Source: a virus (lineage: Duplodnaviria; Caudoviricetes). Taken from it: a stretch of 64,000 nt of DNA. The stretch is taken from positions 1 to 64,000 of the IMG/VR virus record IMGVR_UViG_2974786931_000001; one strand, written 5' to 3'. Position numbers and translations under genes: made by a program. This document shows positions 27,377 to 36,251 of the stretch, piece by piece. A model generated the notes under the pieces. The model was not told where the DNA came from. It made no database searches and worked only from the letters and a program-made list of their open reading frames with translations. Every line of letters begins with the position of its first letter. Position 1 is the first letter of the stretch.

Positions 27377-27656
27377 TACTAATCCTTTGTTGTCTTTTAC
27401 TTTCTTCAAAAATTAATCCAAAGATACATTGTAACTCAATTGGAACTAAAGCTAACTTAGCTTTTTCTAGTTCAAGATTTTCTATCTGAAGGCCATTTTC
27501 TTTTTTAAGATAACCTATGCGATTAGTTATTTTGAATCTTGAATCTAATAATTCTTTTATTTCGTTATCTATATTACTAATGTCAGAACGAAGATTTTCT
27601 AATTGGAGATATGTGCCTTTACCTAGAGTCTTCATTTGTCTAGTCAGATAATTCAT
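27363..27656 (-). CDS. AroQ-type chorismate mutase-like protein
   Basis: LENLRSDISNIDNEIKELLDSRFKITNRIGYLKKENGL.IEN.E.E...IF..IFEES...Q matches the CM_2 pattern. Confidence 0.75.
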   Translation of the reverse strand: MNYLTRQMKTLGKGTYLQLENLRSDISNIDNEIKELLDSRFKITNRIGYLKKENGLQIENLELEKAKLALVPIELQCIFGLIFEESKRQQRISNDKL

Positions 27657-27876
27657 CGGAAGCCTCATATCGTTTTGCTACATTGATATGACGATTCATT
27701 TCTGCCGCAATTATTCCTTTTGCACTATGGACAAAGGCATCAGAATAATAACCTTTCATAGCTGGATTAATGTTAGCTTTAGAGAACAAGCGCGTAAGCG
27801 CCTGCTCTAGTTGTTGTTCTGGTGTTGAAATAGACATGCGGACAAGTTCCTCATTTAATTTATGATTGATTTTCAT
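27640..27876 (-). CDS. Hypothetical protein in modification cluster
   Basis: 78 aa, ATGA-coupled to the U32 gene. Confidence 0.6.
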   Translation of the reverse strand: MKINHKLNEELVRMSISTPEQQLEQALTRLFSKANINPAMKGYYSDAFVHSAKGIIAAEMNRHINVAKRYEASDELSD

Positions 27877-29039
27877 TCTGGGTACCGTAATTCGTCATCT
27901 GATAAAGTGATATCTACAATTTTAATTGAATTTAAAGACATATCATTTTTAGATAATTGTCTCTTATAATATCGCTCACAATATGTACATGACGTACCAC
28001 AGATTTCATTAGCACAATCAAAGTCTGGATGTTTAAACCATCTCTTTTCTAAGAACCCGTCTAATACGGAAGTTTCAATATTAACAGTATGCTTGTAGTT
28101 AGCATCTGATTCAGAGCTATAGATTGTTTCTAATGGTTTCCAGAGTTCTAATAGATTGCCTTTGAAGTATTCAGAAGAATATGCTTCAAGAACTTTCATA
28201 ATGTATTCTGTTGAACCTGTCCGGCCTGAAACTTTAAATTGAGTTATACCAATATCACGGTATAATTTAAGGTCTTGTGGACGAACAAATCTAGTTCTGA
28301 GCCAGTTAAATGGGTCTGTATCACGAGCTTTAATACAATGCTGCATTGGATAACCATTTAATTTCAATGCATCTTCTGATGTTATATCAGTACTATGAAA
28401 GATATAACACGAATCACGATAACTACAATGTGTTGTATAACCTTGGCCAGCATTAGAACAAAATTCATTAACAAGGATTTCAAATACAATTCCATTATCA
28501 TTACAGAATTTTGCTGCTTGCTTCAAGAATGCCACACTTCTGTTTTTGTGAATACCACAACAAACCTTTTTAATATTATATTGGTCATGAAGATATTTGA
28601 TTTGAGTCACTGCATCTACGTGCAATATTGTTGAGACTTCAAATTCTATTTCAGTATTAACTTCACGAACAATTTGCATAATAATTGGGTTAGCTACAGT
28701 AATTCGATATATACCAATAGACCAAAGGTATTGAACATATTTTTGAATAGCTTCTTTCTTCCAATCGTCTAATTCACGTTTAGAACCTGGATTAATGCTG
28801 TTAAACGTATAGTTAAAGCAAATGCCAAGTTCATTACAACGTCTGACATAATTTTCTAATTCTTCGTCCTTAACATCCGGGAGCCTGAAGTCCGGACGAG
28901 CAGCCACAAAGGCCATTGAACGAGTGGAACCGTATACTTCATTGATTAATGAGCCTGGATTTTTATTGTTCAATTCGACAATTTTATCTAGAAGCGCCAA
29001 ATCAAAATTCGTTCCTACCTTAAAAGTAGATTTATGCAT
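27873..29039 (-). CDS. Peptidase U32 family Fe-S protein (putative O2-independent hydroxylase)
   Basis: TIM-barrel pattern FNYTFN, VSTILHV, LVNEFC...C....C...C cysteine set, FKVSGR (KIEGR-like), C-terminal C...C...C..C. Confidence 0.85.
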   Translation of the reverse strand: MHKSTFKVGTNFDLALLDKIVELNNKNPGSLINEVYGSTRSMAFVAARPDFRLPDVKDEELENYVRRCNELGICFNYTFNSINPGSKRELDDWKKEAIQKYVQYLWSIGIYRITVANPIIMQIVREVNTEIEFEVSTILHVDAVTQIKYLHDQYNIKKVCCGIHKNRSVAFLKQAAKFCNDNGIVFEILVNEFCSNAGQGYTTHCSYRDSCYIFHSTDITSEDALKLNGYPMQHCIKARDTDPFNWLRTRFVRPQDLKLYRDIGITQFKVSGRTGSTEYIMKVLEAYSSEYFKGNLLELWKPLETIYSSESDANYKHTVNIETSVLDGFLEKRWFKHPDFDCANEICGTSCTYCERYYKRQLSKNDMSLNSIKIVDITLSDDELRYPE

Positions 29040-29040
29040 T

Positions 29041-29679
29041 TTATAACCTTACGTAATTGGGCCATTTTGGCGAATTAAGTCGAGTATAAAAAGCACTTCG
29101 ACTTAATCCTATAGCCTCATAAGCTAATTTCATCGTGGAATATTCCACACCATTTACTTCAACAGGTGATTTTCTCGAAGCTTTTTCGCCAGTACAAGTC
29201 TTTCGACTTTCAGACATTTTATTTCGCGATGTGTCTGACCATACCTTTCCGATATTTGGTCCTGGCTTTCCTGTAATGGCTTTAGATAATTTAGCTCTTG
29301 TTTCAGGAGACAAACTTACACCGTATCGAGGATTATCTTTTCCGGTGAATCGTCCTTTACGGGACTTTGACATTTTATCACGGGATTCTTTGCTATACGC
29401 AAATGCTGTATTTCCACCTAATTTCAAGTTCAATACATCAGGCCTTTTTAACCAGTCTTCATTAACCAATTCTGCTTCATAATCGTAAGCGTCTTGTTCT
29501 ATGTCAAATGTGGCCAAAATCTCTTTTATGATTTTAGGGTTCTTAGACTTAATATAATCTTTAAGTTTTACTCCAGAACCCATATAATCATCTTCTATAT
29601 TAGAAGTACTATGCTTACCAATATAGAATCTAACATCTTCTTCAGACGTGCACGTTATTTTGTACACGCAATGAATCAT
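29041..29679 (-). mobile_element. Free-standing GIY-YIG (Seg-like) homing endonuclease with NUMOD3 repeats
   Basis: CVYKIT...FYIGKHST..DDYMGSG, E...N catalytic motifs; repeated S.E(S/T)R.K(M/L)S...KG and G..NP.YG modules; C-terminal HTH. Confidence 0.9.
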
Positions 29680-30041
29680 AGATTTGGTTTATATGGAGCG
29701 TGATGTTCGAAAACACCTTTTTGCATTAATGATTTGAACGTATCAGGACGCATAGCTTTGTCATCAATAATCCAATCATATGCAGGTTTGTGAGTCATAA
29801 GTTCATGATATTTAAGTCCGATCTTTTCCAGATTCTTGACTAATCCAGGAACTATTTCAACTGAGATACGACCAGGACCACATGATGTCATACCACGAGC
29901 AGTGTAGAGGACAATTATATGACCTTCATCGTAAAGCTTATTAATCATGGACACCATAACGGTGTCCGGTACGAAGTTTTCATAATCACGATTGCTATTC
30001 CAACGAGTAATCGTGTCATCGATATCAAAACAAAGTTTCAT
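29676..30041 (-). CDS. HAD-superfamily sugar-phosphate phosphatase (capsule-biosynthesis/GmhB-like)
   Basis: CFDIDDTI, YTARG, KP.YD.IIDDKA; TAATG-coupled to upstream gene. Confidence 0.85.
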   Translation of the reverse strand: MKLCFDIDDTITRWNSNRDYENFVPDTVMVSMINKLYDEGHIIVLYTARGMTSCGPGRISVEIVPGLVKNLEKIGLKYHELMTHKPAYDWIIDDKAMRPDTFKSLMQKGVFEHHAPYKPNL

Positions 30042-31714
30042 TAAATTCGTTCCCACTGATGAGTGATGTCACCACCTATAGGTCTATATTGTACACCTGT
30101 TTCTTTGTCAAGCAGAATCCATTTACCTGGATTTTTAGTAATCAGTGTCGCTTGGACGACAGGCCCATCTTTAGAAATCGAACCATCTTCTAACAATCGT
30201 CCCATCTTGTTTAATTGCTTAGAAAGTAAGTACATGCCGTAATAATATGCAGAAACAGCTTTCAATGGGTTATTTTTAAAGTAACCACCTAATGCAATCC
30301 AGATAATTGCTACCCATAGGTGATGATAGTCATCAAACATTTCTAGTTCAGTATAATCTTGGACTAATGAATCGTTTGATACATAAGCACGTTGTCCATT
30401 AATAACTAAACCACCCCAATCTGGCTGAGAATTGAAACTATCATAGCCAGAAATAGCATACAATACTTTTGCTTCATCGTATGTTCTAGGACCATAGATT
30501 TTAGTATTGCCGAAATAACCGCGTGGGTCAATGAATTTAACATCGCCACCGACAGTCATCATTGTATTACTAAAATTAGGGTCGCCATGAATAACTGTGT
30601 ATTCGTCAACAGCAAATTCATGATAATGAGACAAATGATTATAAGCCTGTGTTAAAAGAGTTTTCAAACGTCCTATTTTAACATCGTTAACATATTCAAC
30701 TTTTCCAAATGAATCAATCAATGGCTGAATAGATTTACAACGGTCTAATACTTTAGTAATAATTTCTTTCTTAAAGTCTTCTTTGTACAAATCTTGAGAA
30801 CGAATAGTTTCTTCAGAGAAATTTAAAGAAGCTAAAATATTTTTGATGTATTTGATTTGTGTATCACGCGGAACGTTTTTAAGCCATTCATAAGCAGTGA
30901 CGCCTACAATTCGGTCCATTTCAAAACTATTTGTGTCAACAGCTACGATTTTAGGAACCGAATCTGATTCTACTTTAGCATACCAATCTAATTCATCATG
31001 TTGCAAGGCTTGACCTTGAGCATTCACGGCATGTTTTATAACCGTATCATCTAATATTTCAATAGAATTAAAACTACGGTTCACTTCACCTTTGCCATGA
31101 GCAGCAATCAACTTTGGCTTATCACCTAAATCAATTAAATTCACTAATTCAGAATACTTAAATGATTGACCACGTAAGAATTCTATGAAATCTTTTTCTT
31201 TAGTCCAACGATGGATTTCTTCTTTAGTTGTGCCGAAATCAAATTCCCAATCAGCAACTTGATAGATGCCTACGACATTTCCACCAGTTGAACCTACATT
31301 AGAAATAACTTCGCCGTCAAAATGATATCGACATTCATCGCCTTTAACATAAATGGTATTAGTGTGCCATTTAAAAGCGCCGAAATCAGGAATAATGTCG
31401 CACCAATTCAAAAGAACATTATGACTATGCAAATCTTCAGATAATAAAGCTAATGCATAAGCTGAACCATAGGCTTCATCAACAGTTCTAATAGTGATAT
31501 TTAAATTTTCTTGTTTTGCATAAGCTTCAACAGTAGCAGCAAATTTACTATGAATCACAACAATGATTTCATCTGCACCTAAATCGGTATAGATATCATG
31601 AAGATTTTTAAGAATAGTGTGTTGCTTATAGTTGACTAAAACTTTAGGTAGATGATGGGTCATTGGATACAAACGAGTTGCTAAACCAGCACCTAGAATA
31701 ACAGCCTTTTTCAT
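30041..31714 (-). CDS. Bifunctional sugar nucleotidyltransferase + APH/choline-kinase-like kinase
   Basis: N-terminal ILGAGLATRLYP.T..LPK.L, WCD; C-terminal IHGDPNFSN, FIDPRG, YD.AK. Confidence 0.88.
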   Translation of the reverse strand: MKKAVILGAGLATRLYPMTHHLPKVLVNYKQHTILKNLHDIYTDLGADEIIVVIHSKFAATVEAYAKQENLNITIRTVDEAYGSAYALALLSEDLHSHNVLLNWCDIIPDFGAFKWHTNTIYVKGDECRYHFDGEVISNVGSTGGNVVGIYQVADWEFDFGTTKEEIHRWTKEKDFIEFLRGQSFKYSELVNLIDLGDKPKLIAAHGKGEVNRSFNSIEILDDTVIKHAVNAQGQALQHDELDWYAKVESDSVPKIVAVDTNSFEMDRIVGVTAYEWLKNVPRDTQIKYIKNILASLNFSEETIRSQDLYKEDFKKEIITKVLDRCKSIQPLIDSFGKVEYVNDVKIGRLKTLLTQAYNHLSHYHEFAVDEYTVIHGDPNFSNTMMTVGGDVKFIDPRGYFGNTKIYGPRTYDEAKVLYAISGYDSFNSQPDWGGLVINGQRAYVSNDSLVQDYTELEMFDDYHHLWVAIIWIALGGYFKNNPLKAVSAYYYGMYLLSKQLNKMGRLLEDGSISKDGPVVQATLITKNPGKWILLDKETGVQYRPIGGDITHQWERI

Positions 31715-31743
31715 AATATATTCCTCGTTAAATGGTACATCCA

Positions 31744-31770
31744 TTGTACCATTATTCAATTGAAGCAATT
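31744..31770 (-). promoter_or_regulatory. MotA-dependent middle promoter for the modification cluster
   Basis: ATTGCTTCA (MotA box-like), 12-nt spacer, TACAAT. Confidence 0.65.
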
Positions 31771-31899
31771 AAATTTAGCTTGTAGCCAGAGTATGACCCA
31801 AGCTACAATTAAAGTAGGAATCATTACTGGAAAGATTATAGACCAGTAAATAGTCATAGCAAAGAATACAAACAACAAAATACCTGTTAGATGTTTCAT
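31756..31899 (-). CDS. 47-aa membrane protein not in the ORF track
   Basis: MKHLTGILLFVFFAMTIYWSIIFPVMIPTLIVAWVILWLQAKFNCFN; ATGA-coupled to the isomerase stop. Confidence 0.65.
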   Translation of the reverse strand: MKHLTGILLFVFFAMTIYWSIIFPVMIPTLIVAWVILWLQAKFNCFN

Positions 31900-32525
31900 T
31901 TAGCATCTCTAAGCTGTTGACCAAGTGCACCACCGGGATGGAAGGTCAAAAAGTCATTAGGTGTAAAGCCACGTTCATGAGACAAATTAATAGCAAATGT
32001 GTCAATCAATGCTAAAAGCAAAGTTGTAGACATAGTTGGTGCTAAATTATGCTCATCGATTTCTTTAGCCAAACCTGTGCAGAACGTATAGTCAAACATA
32101 CATTCTATACCTGAATTTAAGCTAGGATTACAGTGTAACAAAATCTGCTTAACATTAGGACGAATTTGTCTGAGATGTTTAGCCACTGCCAACATTTCTT
32201 CTGTCTTACCTGAACGACTAATATTGACCACTACATCATCTGGAGCAATGAAACCAGCATCACCGTGAAGATAATGACCTGTGTTCAGATAAAGGCTTGG
32301 AATACCAAGAGAAGCAAATGTTTCTGAAGCCTTAGCAGCGATATTAGCGTTTTTACCAACACCGGTTATGATTACTCTATTCTTGTAATCAGAGAGTCCA
32401 GGGACTCTCATACACTCTAGGATTTGCTCGTACTTATCTTTATGAACAAACAGATTAGTACTTAATGCATGTAATGCGTGAGCTTGGAGAACTAGGGCAT
32501 CTCGTGCCCTGTCTATTGAATTCAT
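31896..32525 (-). CDS. D-arabinose-5-phosphate isomerase (KdsD/GutQ SIS domain)
   Basis: IITGVGKN..IA.K...TFASLG.PS, HGD.G, ISRSGKT.E, LAPT.ST, HPGGALG; starts 1 nt after gp43 stop. Confidence 0.9.
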   Translation of the reverse strand: MNSIDRARDALVLQAHALHALSTNLFVHKDKYEQILECMRVPGLSDYKNRVIITGVGKNANIAAKASETFASLGIPSLYLNTGHYLHGDAGFIAPDDVVVNISRSGKTEEMLAVAKHLRQIRPNVKQILLHCNPSLNSGIECMFDYTFCTGLAKEIDEHNLAPTMSTTLLLALIDTFAINLSHERGFTPNDFLTFHPGGALGQQLRDAK

Positions 32526-32526
32526 A

Positions 32527-35232
32527 TTACCATCCAAAAATATCATCAAGGGATGCACGTTTTTCATAGTGCAATTCAGCTGCAGTTGTAAAGGATTCAA
32601 GAGGCTTTACAAATGTCTTGTTAAACAAAGATGTGTAGTCAAGATATTTTAATACATCATGTTCTATAGCACTAGGCAGATTAATACCTGATGGCCATGA
32701 GATAACTTTATCGCCAAATGGGTTTTGGTCCATCAATGGTAGAACCATTACCTTTTCACCTTCAACAATAGCTTCAGCACCATCGACATTTTTAGATGCA
32801 CGGTTATAAGTTAACACACCACGAATATGAGATGGGCATTTAAAGGCTGGGAATCCGTTATCATCATATTTTGCAATGTTATTAGCAGAACTAACAGAAG
32901 CAATAGTTGTATAGTCCTGTTGCCTGAATTCAGATTCGAATTCTTTGTAATATTCTTGAAGAGATTGTTCACCTTCTTGAAGCATACGACGAATACATTC
33001 TTTAAGAGCTTTTTGACATGCTTTAGGCGTACTTGATTTTTGTGTTTCAAGACCCATGATTTTCATCTTAGGTTCTGCATAACGTGTTCCTTCCATATCA
33101 TACACATTTAAAGCATAACGTTTCTTAGCAGTCCAGAATCCACCAATACCATCGGAACCAAGAGGTGGACAAGAAATAGCTTCACGGTCCATGAACATTA
33201 AGTGTTCCTTATTGTTCATGTAAGCACCCATTTCACGGAAACCTGCATCAATGGCTGGTTCCATTTTTTCACGAGCAAACTTATCTAAGAAATCGACTAA
33301 GTGGTTCGTATCACGGAATTTATCTTCACCAACTTTTTCAATCAATTTATCAACACAAACGTAAACCGAGTCAGTATCACCTGCGATAACATAATTGAAA
33401 TTATCTGTGCCAATAGTCTTATTCAGATATTCATTAATCTTACGTTCAATCCATTGAATAGCCATTTGGCCGAACAAAGTGATAGCTGATGCGTTACGTA
33501 AATCATAATAACGGAAGTAGATATTGCCAAGTGCACCATACAATGAGTTGATGAGCAACTTACGGTTAATCTGGGCTGTGTTAGAAGCAATTGCTGCACG
33601 GTCTGCTTTATCCAACAGCATACTCAAATCAGCTTCGGTTAGTTCTTTCAATAGTTCTTTAACTTCATCGTCAAAGTCAGCTCGATGGTTGATATCAGTT
33701 TTAAGAGATTTGTCACCAAATGATTTATGGTTCAAAATATCTTTAATAAGTTCCATATTACGCTGTGCTGCAAGCATATAACCTTTGTGTTCTTTACGTT
33801 GATTAAACACTTTAGTAATTTCTACTGGGATGATGCCATCAATATTTTTATCGAACATCCAACCGTTAGGAGAACAACTAAATTCTTCTGAAGGTTTAGG
33901 TGCAGTCATATTAATATATTCTGCAATAGGATGCAGTTTAAATTGTCCTGCAATTGTTTCTGGACTAATACCGACTTGACGAATAATTGATGGATACAAT
34001 GACGTTAAGTCAAAGCTCATAATATATTTGTAAGCAGACGGTTTAGGCTCTTTAACATATGCACCTGGATAGCCTTGTTGCACATGACGTTGTGATTGTG
34101 GAATAACTTTATCTTGAGCTTTCAGTGAGTTAAAGATAATAGCGTCCCAAGTCTTGATAGGACTAAACACTGATTGGATTTGCATTTTAGCATAATAACC
34201 CAATGACATACTCAAGTTCAAGAATTGACGTTTCTGGTCAATTTGTTGTACACGTGCTACGTCGATAATGTTGTATGAAATATAACGTTGATGGTCTAGT
34301 TCACGAAGTTTGTTAATAGGACCATCATACTTCATCTTACCAACACCAAGTTCAGCTTCAGCTACATAATCCAACTTATATGATGCTTGGTTAGTAAAAC
34401 TAAACTTCTTGTACAAATCAAGATAATCTAGTACACTAATACCTAATGGTGTAATAACTTCTTTATCGCCATACATATTTTGAATAATCTTAGAATTCAC
34501 CTTACGATTAGGACTTAAACGTTTAGCAGTGTTTTCGCCGAACACATTCTTCAAACGATTGTACATATACGGGTTATCAAAACCTTCAACGTTCCAACCA
34601 GTTAGAATAACAGGAGTTTGACGTTCCCATAGATTCAAATATTCGAGCAACAATTCTTCTTCTGTATCAAAAGCCATATACTCAATACGGTCTAAGATAT
34701 CTTGCGGAATTTCATCGCCACCTTCAGATTCTGGAAGACCAGCTTTAATTGGACACCATTTAGTGACAGAGCCATAAGGGGAGTTTAATAAATCGAATAC
34801 ATAAAACTTATTAGCTACTGAATCATAGTGTGTTAGGGCGTCAACAGGATATAATGCTTGTGATGCATTAGGAAACTCTGGAGCTGTTACTTCGATGTCA
34901 TAGTTAACAGTTCTGATTTTTGATGCATCGTATTGAATTTCATCAGGATACTTATCAGACAAGTAGGCTAATTTAAAATCATCCATACCCATTGCATCTT
35001 GTCCAATATCTTCCATACGTTTCATCCATTGCTTAGCTTCCCACAATGAATCAAATTTCTTTTTCTGGCAATTAGCGCCGTAGATATCTTTATACTTACT
35101 TTCATTTTGAGTGTGATGGAATAACGTAGGACTATATTTAATTTCTCGACGTTGTTCTTGTCCATTCTTATCAATAAAACGTTCGTGTAAGGTATCACCG
35201 ATTTGTTCAATAGTTAGATAAAATTCTTGCAT
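32527..35232 (-). CDS. 43: Family B DNA polymerase
   Basis: Exo DIE, FDLTSLYPSII, KLLINSLYG, GDTDS, KKRYAL; uninterrupted 901 aa. Confidence 0.98.
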   Translation of the reverse strand: MQEFYLTIEQIGDTLHERFIDKNGQEQRREIKYSPTLFHHTQNESKYKDIYGANCQKKKFDSLWEAKQWMKRMEDIGQDAMGMDDFKLAYLSDKYPDEIQYDASKIRTVNYDIEVTAPEFPNASQALYPVDALTHYDSVANKFYVFDLLNSPYGSVTKWCPIKAGLPESEGGDEIPQDILDRIEYMAFDTEEELLLEYLNLWERQTPVILTGWNVEGFDNPYMYNRLKNVFGENTAKRLSPNRKVNSKIIQNMYGDKEVITPLGISVLDYLDLYKKFSFTNQASYKLDYVAEAELGVGKMKYDGPINKLRELDHQRYISYNIIDVARVQQIDQKRQFLNLSMSLGYYAKMQIQSVFSPIKTWDAIIFNSLKAQDKVIPQSQRHVQQGYPGAYVKEPKPSAYKYIMSFDLTSLYPSIIRQVGISPETIAGQFKLHPIAEYINMTAPKPSEEFSCSPNGWMFDKNIDGIIPVEITKVFNQRKEHKGYMLAAQRNMELIKDILNHKSFGDKSLKTDINHRADFDDEVKELLKELTEADLSMLLDKADRAAIASNTAQINRKLLINSLYGALGNIYFRYYDLRNASAITLFGQMAIQWIERKINEYLNKTIGTDNFNYVIAGDTDSVYVCVDKLIEKVGEDKFRDTNHLVDFLDKFAREKMEPAIDAGFREMGAYMNNKEHLMFMDREAISCPPLGSDGIGGFWTAKKRYALNVYDMEGTRYAEPKMKIMGLETQKSSTPKACQKALKECIRRMLQEGEQSLQEYYKEFESEFRQQDYTTIASVSSANNIAKYDDNGFPAFKCPSHIRGVLTYNRASKNVDGAEAIVEGEKVMVLPLMDQNPFGDKVISWPSGINLPSAIEHDVLKYLDYTSLFNKTFVKPLESFTTAAELHYEKRASLDDIFGW

Positions 35233-35246
35233 TGTATTTCCTTTTT

Positions 35247-35262
35247 AGACGAGTAATTGTCT
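35247..35262 (-). promoter_or_regulatory. gp43 autogenous translational operator hairpin
   Basis: AGAC-AATTACTC-GTCT just upstream of the SD; loop is one base off the T4 AAUAACUC operator loop. Confidence 0.75.
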
Positions 35263-35313
35263 TTAGTGTGTAAGAGTATTATACCCCGAAAGGAGCCTTT
35301 CGGCTCCTATTGC

Positions 35314-35688
35314 TTAATTACCAATCGTATATTTAGATTTCAGAGTCCATTCTTCTTTTTGTTTGAATGAAATAACTCTGAAGTTATTTTCCATTTCATA
35401 CATAGTTTCATCGGCTGATTTAATATCTAAAAGTCCCCAGTTTTCTAGCAACTGAGCAATTGAATCTCGACGAACTTCATCTTCAGAATCAATTAGAACT
35501 TGTCGGCCATCCATTTTAAGCATTTCTTTAAAATGAACAATATAATAAAGACCTTGTTTTTGGAGAATATGGCAGCTTTGATATAGGATTTTTTGAGTAT
35601 TATTTGCAATACCCATACGTGTCAAGGTTTCTTTAACTTTTAAAAAATCTTCAGGTTGTTTCAATGTGATTTCAATCATTTTTACCAT
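35314..35688 (-). CDS. regA: Translational repressor RegA
   Basis: PEDFLKVKETLTRMGIAN..LYQSCHILQKQG.YYIVHFKE. Confidence 0.97.
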   Translation of the reverse strand: MVKMIEITLKQPEDFLKVKETLTRMGIANNTQKILYQSCHILQKQGLYYIVHFKEMLKMDGRQVLIDSEDEVRRDSIAQLLENWGLLDIKSADETMYEMENNFRVISFKQKEEWTLKSKYTIGN

Positions 35689-36251
35689 TCCAATGCTTGC
35701 TTTTTCAAGTCTTTTTGTTCTTTGACATTTTTAGTCACTGTTTTTAAGAAATCATCAGTAACCAGCGATTTTAATTTTTTTAAAGTTGGAACCAATGTAT
35801 TTTTAAGTGTCATAGTCTCTTTGTACATAATTGCATCATCTGCATTAATGCCATAATAAGACATCAGTAACTTAATAATAAACACGGTATCAGTCTGTTC
35901 TACAAACTTAGTTGATTTAGAAAATCTTTTACCGTGCGGAATACTATTTAAATAATAATTATAATGTTGTTGATCTGTTAAACTTGAACCAACAAGATTC
36001 ATCACATTGACTGACATAATACAGTCAACATGTTGGCTTAACATATTATCAATCATGAATTTACTATAATTACTAGATACTGAAACATCACGAGCACGTT
36101 TACTTGTGTTGATATCATTAAGAATAGCGAAGAATTCATTTTCTGGTTTTTCGCTGAACTGTTCACACAACTTAGATAGCATGTCCCAATCTTGGGTCAT
36201 CCATGCTATATCAAAGTCTGACTGTTTTTCGTCGTCATCAAACAAACTCAT
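35682..36251 (-). CDS. 62: Clamp loader small subunit
   Basis: MSLF, ENEFF, YSKFMI.N.LSQ; synteny. Confidence 0.9.
   Translation of the reverse strand: MSLFDDDEKQSDFDIAWMTQDWDMLSKLCEQFSEKPENEFFAILNDINTSKRARDVSVSSNYSKFMIDNMLSQHVDCIMSVNVMNLVGSSLTDQQHYNYYLNSIPHGKRFSKSTKFVEQTDTVFIIKLLMSYYGINADDAIMYKETMTLKNTLVPTLKKLKSLVTDDFLKTVTKNVKEQKDLKKQALEW

Noticed and set aside
27873-29039. U32 protein as a collagenase/protease acting on the collagen-like fibre
   Set aside because: The family name is historical; the Cys cluster and operon context point to an Fe-S hydroxylase
29041-29679. Group I intron harbouring the endonuclease
   Set aside because: Flanking genes are complete and abut the ORF (4-nt overlap, 1-nt gap); no room for intron core structure
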